A stretch of 64,000 nucleotides of DNA from IMG/VR virus record IMGVR_UViG_3300020219_000001. One strand, given 5' to 3'. Shown here piece after piece: positions 27,168 to 37,744 of this stretch; the first letter of the stretch is position 1; every line of letters begins with the position of its first letter. Below the pieces are notes generated by a model. It worked only from the letters and a program-made list of their open reading frames with translations, was not told the origin of the DNA and searched no databases. This DNA comes from an uncultured virus (IMG/VR IMGVR_UViG_3300020219_000001). Taxonomy: Duplodnaviria > Heunggongvirae > Uroviricota > Caudoviricetes. The translations under genes were made by a program, and so were the position numbers.

Positions 27168-28961
27168 ATGGCTGACGGATTGCCCAAGCTTGTTGATAGT
27201 CGGCACCCCTACTTCTTCGAGAATTGCGGCGACTGGCATAAGTGGCGCACGTGCTACTCAGGTGGGGACCGCTTCAAGGACAACTACCTAGTCCAGTTCA
27301 GTAATCGCGAAGACGCGGATGACTTCCGCGACCGCAAGTTCTTCACTCCGACCACGGTCTTCGCGAAGTCCGCGGTCAACAAGATTCGCAACTCCATCTT
27401 CCAACGGTTGGGTGACGTAACACGACAGGGTGGTAGCTCTGATTACCATCGAGCTATCGCGGGTGAGAAGCAAGGCGTGGACCGACGTGGTGCCACGATG
27501 AACTTCTTCCTGGGTAATAAGGTCTTGACGGAATTGTTGGTGATGGGTCGTGTCGGCGTCTACGTCGATATGCCCGAAATCCAACAGACCTCGACGATCG
27601 CCAGTGCTAAGGACTTAGCTCCTTACCTGTACAGCTACCCTGTCGAGAACATCCTCAACTACACCTGCACGAAGCCTGAAGCTCCTAGCGAGTTCCAATC
27701 CATCCTGCTGAAGGACTCAATCCTGAGGCACGATGCGATCAGCTTCATGCCGGTTGCCTACAACGACCGCTATCGGTACGTCTGGATCAGCCAGGACACC
27801 GGACTCGTGAACATCCAGTTCTACGACTCCAACGGTGAACCTGTTGATCGCGACGGTAACCCCGGCGGTCCAATCGAGTTGGGCCTGACTCGCATCCCGT
27901 TCGTCCTGATGGACATCGGTGACAGCCTGTTGAAGGACATCTGCGATCACCAGATCGCTCTGCTCAACCTCGAATCCAGCAACGTCAACTACGCCTTGAA
28001 GGCCAACTTCCCGTTCTACACCGAGCAGCGTGACATGCGTGCTGTCGGTGGACACTTGAAGAAAGTCAACACGGACGGCACTGCCACCACGGGTGGACAG
28101 GGCAACACGGACGAGAAGGTCAGCGTTGGTGTGACCCAAGGTCGTTACTACGACAAGGACACCGAACGCCCCAGCTTCATTGCACCTCCAGCCGAGCCTC
28201 TTGAGGCCACGATGAAGTTGCAGGACAAGCTGGAGAGCGACATCAACAAGATCGTCAACCTCGCAGTCACAAGCATGGGCGGCCGAGTGTCGGCTGAGTC
28301 CAAGAAGATGGACAACCAGGGCTTAGAAGCCGGGTTGTCGTTCATCGGGCTGGTCCTCGAAGGTGGTGAGCGACTCATCGCTGACTACTGGAGCAGCTAC
28401 GAAGAGAAGGTCGAGTCGAAACGCAAGACCGCCACGATCAAGTACCCGGATCGCTACAGCCTCAAGACCGACCTCGATCGAATCGAGGAGGCCGAGAAGT
28501 TGTCCGAACTGATGTACAAGGTTCCCAGCCCTCTCGCCAAGCGTGAGATCGCGAAGAACATCGTGAACGCTCTGTTCGGCGGCAAGGTCAGTGTCACCCA
28601 ACTGGAAGCAATCCAGAAGGAGATCGACACGACGCCTTACACGACCAGCGACCCGAAGACGATCATCGACGCGAAAGACGCCGGCCTTGTCGGCGAGAAG
28701 ACAGCTTCGATGGCCCTCGGCTTCAATGAGGACGAGTACCTCACGGCACGGAAGGATCACATCCGCCGCGCCACAGAGATCGCCAAGGTTCAAGGCATCG
28801 CCAAAGGCGGTGACGATCCGGGTGCCCGCGGAGTGTCTGACTTGTCGTCCAACCCGAAAGCCGGGAAGGACGAGAAGGAAGCAAGCCGTAACACGGACTT
28901 GAACACAACCACCAAGAAGCCGGTTCGAGGCGCAGGCCAAGAAACCGCTGAAGAGGAATAG
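27168..28961 (+). CDS. Portal protein
   Basis: Follows TerL; 597 aa; GRVGVYVDMP, IPFV, SAESKKMD. Confidence 0.85.
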   Translation: MADGLPKLVDSRHPYFFENCGDWHKWRTCYSGGDRFKDNYLVQFSNREDADDFRDRKFFTPTTVFAKSAVNKIRNSIFQRLGDVTRQGGSSDYHRAIAGEKQGVDRRGATMNFFLGNKVLTELLVMGRVGVYVDMPEIQQTSTIASAKDLAPYLYSYPVENILNYTCTKPEAPSEFQSILLKDSILRHDAISFMPVAYNDRYRYVWISQDTGLVNIQFYDSNGEPVDRDGNPGGPIELGLTRIPFVLMDIGDSLLKDICDHQIALLNLESSNVNYALKANFPFYTEQRDMRAVGGHLKKVNTDGTATTGGQGNTDEKVSVGVTQGRYYDKDTERPSFIAPPAEPLEATMKLQDKLESDINKIVNLAVTSMGGRVSAESKKMDNQGLEAGLSFIGLVLEGGERLIADYWSSYEEKVESKRKTATIKYPDRYSLKTDLDRIEEAEKLSELMYKVPSPLAKREIAKNIVNALFGGKVSVTQLEAIQKEIDTTPYTTSDPKTIIDAKDAGLVGEKTASMALGFNEDEYLTARKDHIRRATEIAKVQGIAKGGDDPGARGVSDLSSNPKAGKDEKEASRNTDLNTTTKKPVRGAGQETAEEE

Positions 28962-28964
28962 TCG

Positions 28965-29261
28965 ATGGACATTGAACAGATCACAGTACCGGAGTTTTTC
29001 TTCGGGCACGGAACTGTCGGCACGACTCGTGAGCAGATCACGACCGCCGCGCACGTCGCTAGGAAGTACGTGAAAGTCAAAGCCGATCTGGGCAATGGCG
29101 ACAACGTCTTCGTCGGCGGCGTCGGTGTCGCCAACACGGGCGACACGCAGGGCTACACGCTCGACGCCGGTGAAGAAGTTGAAATCCCGGTGGACCGTGC
29201 CAACAAGGTATGGGTCATCGGAGGTGACGCCGATCAAGGTTACTCCTGGCTCGTTATCTAA
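28965..29261 (+). CDS. Small beta-rich virion protein, paralogue 1
   Basis: EFFFGHGTVG...IPVDRANKVWVI...DQ..SW. Confidence 0.75.
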   Translation: MDIEQITVPEFFFGHGTVGTTREQITTAAHVARKYVKVKADLGNGDNVFVGGVGVANTGDTQGYTLDAGEEVEIPVDRANKVWVIGGDADQGYSWLVI

Positions 29262-29271
29262 GGAGTAACTG

Positions 29272-29592
29272 ATGGATGTCACGAAAGAGTCCGTTGAGGA
29301 ATTCTACAACGGGCACGCGACGGTCGGACTGACCAGAGTAAAACTGACTGGCACTCTAAGCTTCCCGCTAAACAAGGGAATCTTACTTCGCTGTCCTGGT
29401 GGGACTGACCCCAACCCTAACTCCGATCCCATCTGGGTCGGTGGGGCTGGTGTAACTGCTGACAGCGCCGCCGGCTCTGGTGGTATGCCAATGATCCCGG
29501 GTGATGTGCTTTTCATCCCCATCGACCGGTCAGACAAGCTGTGGGTTATTTCCACGGACACTGACCAAGACATTGCTTGGATGGGAATCTAA
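29272..29592 (+). CDS. Small beta-rich virion protein, paralogue 2
   Basis: [10 protein letters not shown]...[12 protein letters not shown]...DQ..AW. Confidence 0.75.
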   Translation: MDVTKESVEEFYNGHATVGLTRVKLTGTLSFPLNKGILLRCPGGTDPNPNSDPIWVGGAGVTADSAAGSGGMPMIPGDVLFIPIDRSDKLWVISTDTDQDIAWMGI

Positions 29593-29594
29593 CT

Positions 29595-32102
29595 ATGGGC
29601 GGTATCTTCTTCGCACGCAGCGGCGGCCCGACAGGTCCGCAAGGCCCTCCCGGGGACGTTGGTCCTCCGGGTAGCGGCGTAATCAACTGGCTAGGCTTGT
29701 GGGATGAAGAGACCGAGTATGTTGCAAACGATGCCGTCAACTTAGACGGATCAAGTTTCATCTGCATACTAACCCATACCAACCAGCAGCCGCCGAACGC
29801 GACCTACTGGGATGTGCTCTCAAGCAAGGGCGATACCGGCAGCACCGGTAGCACGGGAGCCACAGGTCCCGCTGGCCCGGCGGGTCCGCAAGGGAACCAA
29901 GGCCCGGCAGGTCCGCAAGGTACGCAAGGAGCCACGGGTTCGACAGGATCGCAAGGTCCGGTCGGCAACACGGGGTCCACGGGTCCCACTGGTCCGACGG
30001 GTCCCATTGGTCTCGTCTGGCGCAACGCTTGGAACAGCGGCACGGCCTACGTGGCGAATGACGGTGTCGTCTCTGACGGCTCCTCATACATCTGCATCCT
30101 GGGCCACACCAATCATCAACCGCCGAACGCAACCTACTGGACTCTGTTGGCGGCCGAGGGCGAACAAGGCCCAACCGGCTCACAAGGTCCACAAGGCGAG
30201 CAAGGCGATGCCGGCCCCGAAGGTCCTGAAGGACCTGAAGGCCCTACCGGCGGTACGGGCAGCACGGGACCCACGGGTCCCGCTGGCTTGAACTGGTTAG
30301 GGACCTGGAACAGCGGCACGGCTTACGTCGTTGACGACGCCGTGGTCCGCAGCGGTACGTCCTACGTCTGCATTCTCAATCACACCAATCATCAACCGCC
30401 GAACGCAACCTACTGGGATGTGCTCGCGGCGAAGGGTGACACGGGCGACCAAGGTCCTCCGGGCACCGGTATCGTTTGGGAAGGTGCTTGGGATAACGGA
30501 ACCGCATACACCGAGAACGACGCCGTCTTCCACGAAGGCTCGTCTTACGTCTGCGTCTCCGATCACACCAATCAAGAGCCGCCGAATATCACTTACTGGG
30601 AACTCTTCGCACAGAAGGGTGACACCGGTGAACAAGGTATCCAAGGTGAACAAGGTGAGCAGGGAGAACAAGGCGAGCAAGGTGAGCAGGGTGACACCGG
30701 CGCGACAGGCTCCACTGGTTCGACCGGTGCCACAGGCCCGGGTTACTTCACAACGAGCACGACCAGCTTAGCCATCGGCACGGGGACGAAAGTCTTCACT
30801 GTACAGACGGGGCTAGCTTGGAGCATCGGTGCTCGCGCAAGGGCAACCTCCGCGGGATCGCCGAGCAACTGGATGGAAGGCGTCGTGTCGAGCTACTCCG
30901 GTAGCACGCTCACGATCGAGATGGATCGAACCCTTGGGGCCGGCACATTCGCTGACTGGAACATCCATGTCGCTGGCCAACCTGGTGACACCGGCTCCAC
31001 TGGTGCCACGGGCGACGAAGGCCCGCAAGGCGACCCTGGTGATCCTGGTGATCCTGGCGACGACGGAGACGATGGTCTCGACGCCATGTCGGAGCCGAAC
31101 TGCCGCTTGTCGCTCGCGACTGGTGATCCACTCGGCAGCGGCACAGCACAGAGCACATTGTATTTGGTCCCCTTCAAGGGTAACCGAATTTCGTTGTACG
31201 ACGGTGCAAACTGGGTAACACATTTCCTCACGAGTCAGTTGTCTCTGGCGGTACCTTCGACAATCTTCCAGTTGTTCGACATCTTTGTCTACGACAACGG
31301 TGGCACACTAACGCTTGAGACACAGAACTGGAGTCTAACGTCCGGGGCAATCAGTGCGGCGACGAACGCTTCACCGATTGTCATCACAGCGATCACGACC
31401 GGTCTCAGCAATGGTGACTTGGTCGGCATCGCGGGTGTGACTGGTAACACTGCGGCGAACGGAATCTGGCAGGTCACTGGTCTGTCAGGCGGCAACTTCA
31501 GTCTGCTCGGCTCGACCGGTAACGGTGCCTACGCCGGTAACGGTGTTTGGTACAAGTTGAACGGTAACACTAACTCGGGTCTCACAACCCAAGATGGTGT
31601 GATCGTGAAAACCGGCTCAACAGGTAAGCGATACTTAGGCGTCGGCATGACGATCGGGACTTCCGGTCAATGCACGTCAAGCCTCGCACGCTCGTGGCTG
31701 GCGAATTTGTACAACCCGATCCGTCACGTGATGACGTATTTCGATACGACAAGTCACACCTACGCTTCGAGTACGACTCGGCCTTGGGCAAACTTAGGTG
31801 CTGCCCATCTGACGCATCTCGTACCGAGAGGAATGATGGTCGTCCAGAACGGTATTATCGCACCCCTCTTCACAGGAGATGGTAGCTCCATCCCCACAGT
31901 GGGTATGGGCAACGGCAATATCAACGCGATGAACATGTACGTGGCGGCAACCGCCTCCAGCGGTTCACAGCGTTTTGCCGCGACGGGTGTGACGGAAGTC
32001 AGCAACGAAGGTTTCAACTACTACGGCATCTGCGAAGAACGGCAAGGCTCCGGCACTGCCAACTTCACACAGGTTGTCGCACAGTTAGATGTGGTGAGGT
32101 AA
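29595..32102 (+). CDS. Collagen-like fibre with four CBM5/12-like modules
   Basis: G-X-Y runs alternating with W.G.W...T.Y..ND.V...GSSY.C...HTN..PPN.TYW. Confidence 0.88.
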   Translation: MGGIFFARSGGPTGPQGPPGDVGPPGSGVINWLGLWDEETEYVANDAVNLDGSSFICILTHTNQQPPNATYWDVLSSKGDTGSTGSTGATGPAGPAGPQGNQGPAGPQGTQGATGSTGSQGPVGNTGSTGPTGPTGPIGLVWRNAWNSGTAYVANDGVVSDGSSYICILGHTNHQPPNATYWTLLAAEGEQGPTGSQGPQGEQGDAGPEGPEGPEGPTGGTGSTGPTGPAGLNWLGTWNSGTAYVVDDAVVRSGTSYVCILNHTNHQPPNATYWDVLAAKGDTGDQGPPGTGIVWEGAWDNGTAYTENDAVFHEGSSYVCVSDHTNQEPPNITYWELFAQKGDTGEQGIQGEQGEQGEQGEQGEQGDTGATGSTGSTGATGPGYFTTSTTSLAIGTGTKVFTVQTGLAWSIGARARATSAGSPSNWMEGVVSSYSGSTLTIEMDRTLGAGTFADWNIHVAGQPGDTGSTGATGDEGPQGDPGDPGDPGDDGDDGLDAMSEPNCRLSLATGDPLGSGTAQSTLYLVPFKGNRISLYDGANWVTHFLTSQLSLAVPSTIFQLFDIFVYDNGGTLTLETQNWSLTSGAISAATNASPIVITAITTGLSNGDLVGIAGVTGNTAANGIWQVTGLSGGNFSLLGSTGNGAYAGNGVWYKLNGNTNSGLTTQDGVIVKTGSTGKRYLGVGMTIGTSGQCTSSLARSWLANLYNPIRHVMTYFDTTSHTYASSTTRPWANLGAAHLTHLVPRGMMVVQNGIIAPLFTGDGSSIPTVGMGNGNINAMNMYVAATASSGSQRFAATGVTEVSNEGFNYYGICEERQGSGTANFTQVVAQLDVVR

Positions 32103-32446
32103 TGATGGACATCTTCGTTGCACACCACAAGTTGGACGCCTTGGGCATTCCCGTCCTTGGCGTCTACGCCGACGGGCGCATCGACTTCGCACCTGAAGCA
32201 ACGGCTCAACAAAAGGATGAGGCGACAAACCTCCTCCGTGAGTTGATCGACGCCAAGCCGATGGAACGAAAGACGACCACGGAAGTCAGTGTGGAAATCG
32301 CGTTACTAACCCGCGAGGATCGTGACTCTTTAATCAACTTGATGCTGGCCCAGTTTCTCGTCGATCAACCTCACCTTGCTGAGAAGCTACAGCTTCCGGT
32401 GAAATCAGAGAAGGAAGCGGCGATCGCCATCGAAGTGAAGAAGTAG
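32102..32446 (+). CDS. Hypothetical protein, possible fibre chaperone
   Basis: Coupled to the fibre gene. Confidence 0.65.
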   Translation: MMDIFVAHHKLDALGIPVLGVYADGRIDFAPEATAQQKDEATNLLRELIDAKPMERKTTTEVSVEIALLTREDRDSLINLMLAQFLVDQPHLAEKLQLPVKSEKEAAIAIEVKK

Positions 32447-32453
32447 GTTCCCT

Positions 32454-32900
32454 ATGACTCACTTCCTGGATGGCGACGACTGGGACACGATAGTCAAAGA
32501 CCTCGTGCAGCCGATACGGCGGCTTGAGGTTGACCGTGCTGAAGCGATTGACGCTTTCTATGGCACGGCCGTACAGACGATCGGCAGGGGGCAGCCGGTC
32601 CGATTGCTCAGCGGAGGATTAGCACTCGCGTCATCTGACCTCGGTCAGGTATGCGGGATCGCTTTGAACGACGCGCCCCTCGGCAGCCGTTGTGACTACG
32701 TGACGAGAGGCTCAGTCCTCTTGGAAGGTTGGCACAACGCAGTGGGCACTCCCAGACTAACGTCTGGAGCCTACTACTTTCTCAACGGCGTCGGGAGCTT
32801 TTCCTACACGCCGCCGCAAACAGGTTACTTGATCTCGCTGGGGTACGCCCACAGTCCACTGATACTGGACTTGAACATCGGGATCAAGATCAAGCTTTAA
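32454..32900 (+). CDS. Capsid cement/decoration-like protein, paralogue 1
   Basis: LTSGAYYFL..G...TPP..G....LG.A; ends IGIKIKL. Confidence 0.65.
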   Translation: MTHFLDGDDWDTIVKDLVQPIRRLEVDRAEAIDAFYGTAVQTIGRGQPVRLLSGGLALASSDLGQVCGIALNDAPLGSRCDYVTRGSVLLEGWHNAVGTPRLTSGAYYFLNGVGSFSYTPPQTGYLISLGYAHSPLILDLNIGIKIKL

Positions 32901-32911
32901 GGAAACTTCGC

Positions 32912-33391
32912 ATGGCAGCACGCCGACCTTTGGTTGTCAACTTGACGACTGGTGAACTGGAACAACTCTCCGCGAGCGACTACCTCGACGAGCGGGACAT
33001 CATCCAAGCCCAGAATGAAACCGGTGGCGCACTCGCCATCTGTACGCCGGTCTATCAAACCGCGACCGCCGGGGAAGTGGCGAAGGCTGACGCCGACGAC
33101 ATCGCGACTGCGAAGGTCTCGGGCCTGGTGCTCGACGCTTCGATCGCTGACGGTGCCGCCGGCTCGGTCCTGACGGACGGTCGCTTGACGGCGACGACGG
33201 GTCAGTGGGACGCAGTCACCGGACAAGTCGGTGGCCTGACGCCTGGCTCACGCTACTTCCTGAGTGCCGGCACTGCTGGGATGCTTTCGACGACGCCCCC
33301 GTCCGCGGATGGCCACGTGATCGCTCCCATCGGTGAAGCCCGCAGCGCGACTGAGTTTGAGATTTCGATCGGGACCCGCATTAAGTTGTAG
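32912..33391 (+). CDS. Capsid cement/decoration-like protein, paralogue 2
   Basis: LTPGSRYFL...G...TPP..G....IG.A; ends IGTRIKL. Confidence 0.7.
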   Translation: MAARRPLVVNLTTGELEQLSASDYLDERDIIQAQNETGGALAICTPVYQTATAGEVAKADADDIATAKVSGLVLDASIADGAAGSVLTDGRLTATTGQWDAVTGQVGGLTPGSRYFLSAGTAGMLSTTPPSADGHVIAPIGEARSATEFEISIGTRIKL

Positions 33392-33393
33392 TC

Positions 33394-33792
33394 ATGGCTT
33401 ACCGCAAACCTCTCGTCCACCTCGTAGGGAATGATCTGCAACAGCTACCTGTTGCAGATCGTCTCAACCTGGGTGTGCTCAGCGTGGGACCGATAGGCCC
33501 GACGCTAACCGTGACGGGTAATGCGGTCACCATCACGACTTCTTTCCATGCGGTCAACTCGACATCATCTACCGCTTCAGTCCGGCAGATTCACAATGTC
33601 CTTGGTGGCCAAGCAGGTGACATCGTCATCTTCAAAGTTGCAACAGGCTCGAACACGGTCGTCCTCGTGGATAACACAGGCAACCTGAAGCTCGCCGGCA
33701 ACTTCAGCTTGGACGCCCTCTACGACTCCATCGTACTGCTGTTCGATGGTACCAAGTGGATCGAGCTTTGCAGAAGTAACAACGGAGATTAG
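33394..33792 (+). CDS. Beta-rich virion protein
   Basis: Ends LLFDGTKWIELCRS. Confidence 0.7.
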   Translation: MAYRKPLVHLVGNDLQQLPVADRLNLGVLSVGPIGPTLTVTGNAVTITTSFHAVNSTSSTASVRQIHNVLGGQAGDIVIFKVATGSNTVVLVDNTGNLKLAGNFSLDALYDSIVLLFDGTKWIELCRSNNGD

Positions 33793-33920
33793 TACGGAGT
33801 ACCTCACGGGTAGCTGGGACAAAACCTGATGCCTAACAGGACAAAGCCAGCGGTGTGGGTTTAGGCATCCACAACATCGCACGCCGAAACGGGTGGCGAC
33901 GTACTTTTTTGGAGACACTG

Positions 33921-34436
33921 ATGGACTTCATCTACTATGGCACGCTGCTGGAAGCGAACGATTACTTCGACCATCGCTTACACGAGCGTGCATGGTACGG
34001 AGCCATTCCAGCCGATCGGCCGAAAGCCCTCTGGGCTGCTACGCTGATTATTGACGCACTCTGCTTCAAAGGGGATAAGGCCGCGGTCTACACCCTCTTG
34101 GAAGCCGACTCTGACGCTGAGGATGCAGACATCCGAGCGGCAGAAGCCTCGCAGGCGCGAGAGTTCCCGCGAGGTTCCGACACGGTAGTGCCGGAGGCAA
34201 TTCGATTAGCTTGCTACGAGATCGCACATTCGCTTCTCGATGGCAAAGACCCTGAGATGGAACTTGAAAATCTCGGGATTGTTTCGCAGGGGTACGAGTC
34301 CGTTCGGACCACGTACTCACGACACCAGGTACCGATCGAGCACTTAATCAACTGTGTGCCGAACGCCCTGGCATGGCGTTACATCCGTCCGTTCTTACGC
34401 GACGAAGACGCCGTGAAGCTGGTCCGTGTGTCGTAA
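33921..34436 (+). CDS. Head-tail adaptor (DnaT-like family)
   Basis: YGTLLEANDYF, AL..AT..ID, FKG.K, EFPR, VPEAI..ACYEIA. Confidence 0.75.
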   Translation: MDFIYYGTLLEANDYFDHRLHERAWYGAIPADRPKALWAATLIIDALCFKGDKAAVYTLLEADSDAEDADIRAAEASQAREFPRGSDTVVPEAIRLACYEIAHSLLDGKDPEMELENLGIVSQGYESVRTTYSRHQVPIEHLINCVPNALAWRYIRPFLRDEDAVKLVRVS

Positions 34437-34535
34437 ACACACGGCAGCATCAATAACCGACTTGTTGTCGGGTGGACTCACAAAACCCTTAACGTGAGTT
34501 CGTAATGTTTCATAGGGGTTTGAAGGACTGTTACG

Positions 34536-35303
34536 ATGTTTGTTGATTTGTACGTTTCCGCTGCTGTCTTGACTTGCTACGACGAAGTGCTCCCGGGCGA
34601 GACGCCGCCGGGTGAGACGCCGCCGGCCGAGACCAAGACGTTCACCCAGGACGAGGTGAACAAAATCCTCGCTGAGGACAAGCGGAAGCACCAGGCGAAT
34701 GCCGTGAAGCTGGAGAAGCAGCTTCAGGAGACGCTCACGTCGGCCAAGCTGACGACCGAGGAACGATCGAAGCTCGAAGAATCTTTGGAGGACTTGCGTA
34801 AGCAGTCCCGCACCAAGGAGGAGCAGGCCAAGATCGAGAAGAAGAACCTCGAAGACCAGTTCCAACGCCAGATCGCCGAGTTGTCAGCGCGTGCTGATTC
34901 GGCCGAGAAGCGTTACGTGGATTCGACGATCTCCCGTTCGCTGTTGGACGCCGCCGTGAATGGCGATTCGTACAACCCGCAGACTGTCGTAACCGTTCTT
35001 CGCCCTATGGTGAAGATGGTTGACAACAGCCCGATGATTGACTTCCCCGATGTCTCGTCCGAGACCGGTGACCCGATCATCAAGCAAATGACCCCACTTG
35101 AAGCCATCGAACGGATGAAGCAGTTGCCCGATCAATACGGCAACCTGTTCCGATCCGGAGTTGTTGGCGGCCTCGGGGGCACTTCGGTTACCGGTGGCCA
35201 TGCACCGGGTTCCAACGGTCGCGTGGATGTGAAGAAGCTGACGCACGAACAGTACGTCGAACTTCGCAAGAAGAATCCGAACGCGATCTTCGGCGCACGA
35301 TAA
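34536..35303 (+). CDS. Capsid scaffolding protein
   Basis: KTFTQDEVNKI, coiled coil, NLF...G-rich, Y..LRK; directly upstream of the capsid gene. Confidence 0.8.
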   Translation: MFVDLYVSAAVLTCYDEVLPGETPPGETPPAETKTFTQDEVNKILAEDKRKHQANAVKLEKQLQETLTSAKLTTEERSKLEESLEDLRKQSRTKEEQAKIEKKNLEDQFQRQIAELSARADSAEKRYVDSTISRSLLDAAVNGDSYNPQTVVTVLRPMVKMVDNSPMIDFPDVSSETGDPIIKQMTPLEAIERMKQLPDQYGNLFRSGVVGGLGGTSVTGGHAPGSNGRVDVKKLTHEQYVELRKKNPNAIFGAR

Positions 35304-35499
35304 TTTGAAGTTGCGGGATTGTAGGCGATCCTACCCGCAACAGGAACACAGCACGGTCGTTCTCTAACGACCGTGCTTGATCGTCCGCTACCGGAGCAGT
35401 ATCCGGGTCCAAAACCCACGGCAGGGTTACGCCGGGTCCGTTTGAACTTTCTGCGATCGCACTACGCGCTCGTAACCAATCTAAGAAGAAGGATTTGCA

Positions 35500-36915
35500 A
35501 TGTACGACATGTACATCTCCCCGGCGAGCCTCGTGTGCTTCGCCAACGACAACGACGCCCTGATCCCGGAGATTTGGGCCAACGAAGCTTTGATGCTTCT
35601 GAATCAGACCTCGGTCATGGCCGGCTTGGTCCACCGTGACTTCTCGAACGCTGTCGCCAACTTCGGTGACGTGGTCAACACCCGCCGGCCCCGCGCCATG
35701 CGACTGACCCGTAAGACCGACGCTGACGATGTGGTGACCCAGGACGCGATCGTGGACAACGTCCGCGTTCCGCTGGATCAGCACGGTGTCATCTCGTTCG
35801 TCATCCGTGACGGCGAAGCCACCAAGTCGATGCAGGAACTCGTGGACATCCACGTCGTCCCGGCGATCCAGGCCCTCGGCCGTGGTGTCGATCGTGGCCT
35901 CGCGGGCATGATCCACAAGTATTTCTCGACCAGCGACAAGCGCGCCGGCCGGCTCTCCAATCTCACGTCGAGCAACTCGAAGGATTTCCTCTTCGAGGCT
36001 CGCGAGATTATGAACCGCAACCTGTGCCCGCTCGACGGTCGTAACCTCGTGCTCGGCCCGACCAGCGAAACCCCGATCGTGAAGACCGACCTGTTCTTGG
36101 CTGCGGACACCCGCGGCGACGGCGGCAGCACGTTGGAGAACGCTCGCCTCGGCCGTGTGGTCGGTTTCAACACCTTCCTGAGCCAGAACGTCCCGTCGCT
36201 CACGACCGCTGCGGCGGACATCGCGACCGGTACGATCACGAACGCCTTGGCGGCGGGTGGTTCAGGTTCGCAAGCTTGCACCATCACCGGCTACGAAGTG
36301 AGCGTCGGTGAGTTCATCACCGTCGCTGGCAACGACCAGCCGACTCGGGCCACGGCGGTCACCGCCTCGACCCACACCACGGCGCTGACGTTGGATGAAG
36401 CCAACAAGTACGCCACGCTTAGCTCGGCGGCCGTGACGGCTTACAAGTCCTGCGACGTGAACGGTGCCTACGACGCTGGTTACACCAAGGAAATCGTGTT
36501 GGACGGCTGGACCGCCAACAAGGCTCCTCAGGTCGGCCAGTTGCTCGCGTTCGGTACGACCACGCGACACACCTACACGATCATCGAAAGCCGCCTGTCG
36601 GCCTCCGGTGAGCAGTCGGTGATGCTGGACCGTCCGCTGGAATACTCGCTCTCGAACAACGACCTGGCCTTCCCCGGCCCGGCCGGCACCTTCAACTTCG
36701 CGTTCCACAAGAATGCGTTGGCTCTCGTCTCCCGTCCGGTCGCGGCTCCCCGCGCCAACTCGGGTGTGATGAGCGCGGTGGCTTCGAGCGAGAACCTCGG
36801 TATGCGAGTCACGATGCAGTACGACACGGTCAAGATGGGCACGCGAGTGAACATGGACTTGCTGTACGGCTACGCCGTTCTCGACACCAACCTCGCTGTG
36901 GCGTTCTTGGGCTAA
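35500..36915 (+). CDS. Major capsid protein (P22 gp5-like) with an inserted beta domain
   Basis: IPEIWA.EAL, LVHRDF, GDVVN, NFAFHKNALALVSRP, DLLYG. Confidence 0.9.
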   Translation: MYDMYISPASLVCFANDNDALIPEIWANEALMLLNQTSVMAGLVHRDFSNAVANFGDVVNTRRPRAMRLTRKTDADDVVTQDAIVDNVRVPLDQHGVISFVIRDGEATKSMQELVDIHVVPAIQALGRGVDRGLAGMIHKYFSTSDKRAGRLSNLTSSNSKDFLFEAREIMNRNLCPLDGRNLVLGPTSETPIVKTDLFLAADTRGDGGSTLENARLGRVVGFNTFLSQNVPSLTTAAADIATGTITNALAAGGSGSQACTITGYEVSVGEFITVAGNDQPTRATAVTASTHTTALTLDEANKYATLSSAAVTAYKSCDVNGAYDAGYTKEIVLDGWTANKAPQVGQLLAFGTTTRHTYTIIESRLSASGEQSVMLDRPLEYSLSNNDLAFPGPAGTFNFAFHKNALALVSRPVAAPRANSGVMSAVASSENLGMRVTMQYDTVKMGTRVNMDLLYGYAVLDTNLAVAFLG

Positions 36916-36947
36916 GCCCAAGAAACCACAACGGTTTCAACGAAACG

Positions 36948-36980
36948 ACACCCTGCCCGCTTCGGGCAGGGTGTTTCTTT
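36948..36980 (+). terminator. Intrinsic terminator after the capsid gene
   Basis: ACACCCTGCCCG-CTT-CGGGCAGGGTGT-TTCTTT. Confidence 0.88.
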
Positions 36981-37002
36981 CTAACTCTCAGGGAGGTCGG
37001 GA

Positions 37003-37254
37003 ATGGAATTCATCTCGGTTCTACAGGAATTCGGCCCTCTGGCTGGAGTCGTTCTCTGGTTCATTTGGAGGGACTGGCAGCGTGAAGATCGTCTGACTAG
37101 CCGTATCGAGAAACTCGAAGACGAGCAGCGATCCATTCTGTGGCCGCTCATTGAGAAGGCGACGACTGTCATTGCCCAGAACACCGAGGTCATGGAGCGT
37201 CTGGAAAGCTCGTTGACGAGGGTGTCAAGCAATGCAAATCAATCGCAGTCTTAA
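37003..37254 (+). CDS. Single-TM coiled-coil protein (BhlA-like holin candidate)
   Basis: FGPLAGVVLWFIW..WQREDRL. Confidence 0.6.
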   Translation: MEFISVLQEFGPLAGVVLWFIWRDWQREDRLTSRIEKLEDEQRSILWPLIEKATTVIAQNTEVMERLESSLTRVSSNANQSQS

Positions 37255-37735
37255 TCAACGAATCAAGGCCGCATTGTACTCCTTGGAGAAGGACTATGGT
37301 GGCGGACCTTTGCACATCTACACCTTGAGCGCCGCCTCGGTTCACGCCGAGACCGGAGTCAAGACCATCGTCAAGGATGTCACCGTAATCAACAGAGTGA
37401 TTGTGCTACCGGCAAAGATCAGCCGGGACATCGTTCAATCCATCTCTCAGATCAGTGCCAACAAAGCATTCGTGTACGGCGGGTCCTACGACTCGCGAAC
37501 CCGCACCTTCATCATCGACCGCCGCAAGTGTCCCTCGATTAGCGAACTCAAGAACGACGACTGGTTCGTCTTCAACGGCCGCAAGTACGAGATCAAGGAC
37601 ATCCAGGAGTTCGAGTTTGACACGGCGTGGGTCGTCACGGCGCGGCACCAACTAGGAGATGTGTTTGAAGAGATTTTCCGTCTGTCTTCCGACCATCTGT
37701 TGGATTTGACGCAGTCTGCCACCGCCACATTGTAA
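37232..37735 (+). CDS. Head closure/stopper-like protein
   Basis: Position; DDWFVFNGRKYEIK. Confidence 0.65.
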   Translation: MQINRSLNQRIKAALYSLEKDYGGGPLHIYTLSAASVHAETGVKTIVKDVTVINRVIVLPAKISRDIVQSISQISANKAFVYGGSYDSRTRTFIIDRRKCPSISELKNDDWFVFNGRKYEIKDIQEFEFDTAWVVTARHQLGDVFEEIFRLSSDHLLDLTQSATATL

Positions 37736-37744
37736 GGAGTAGGA

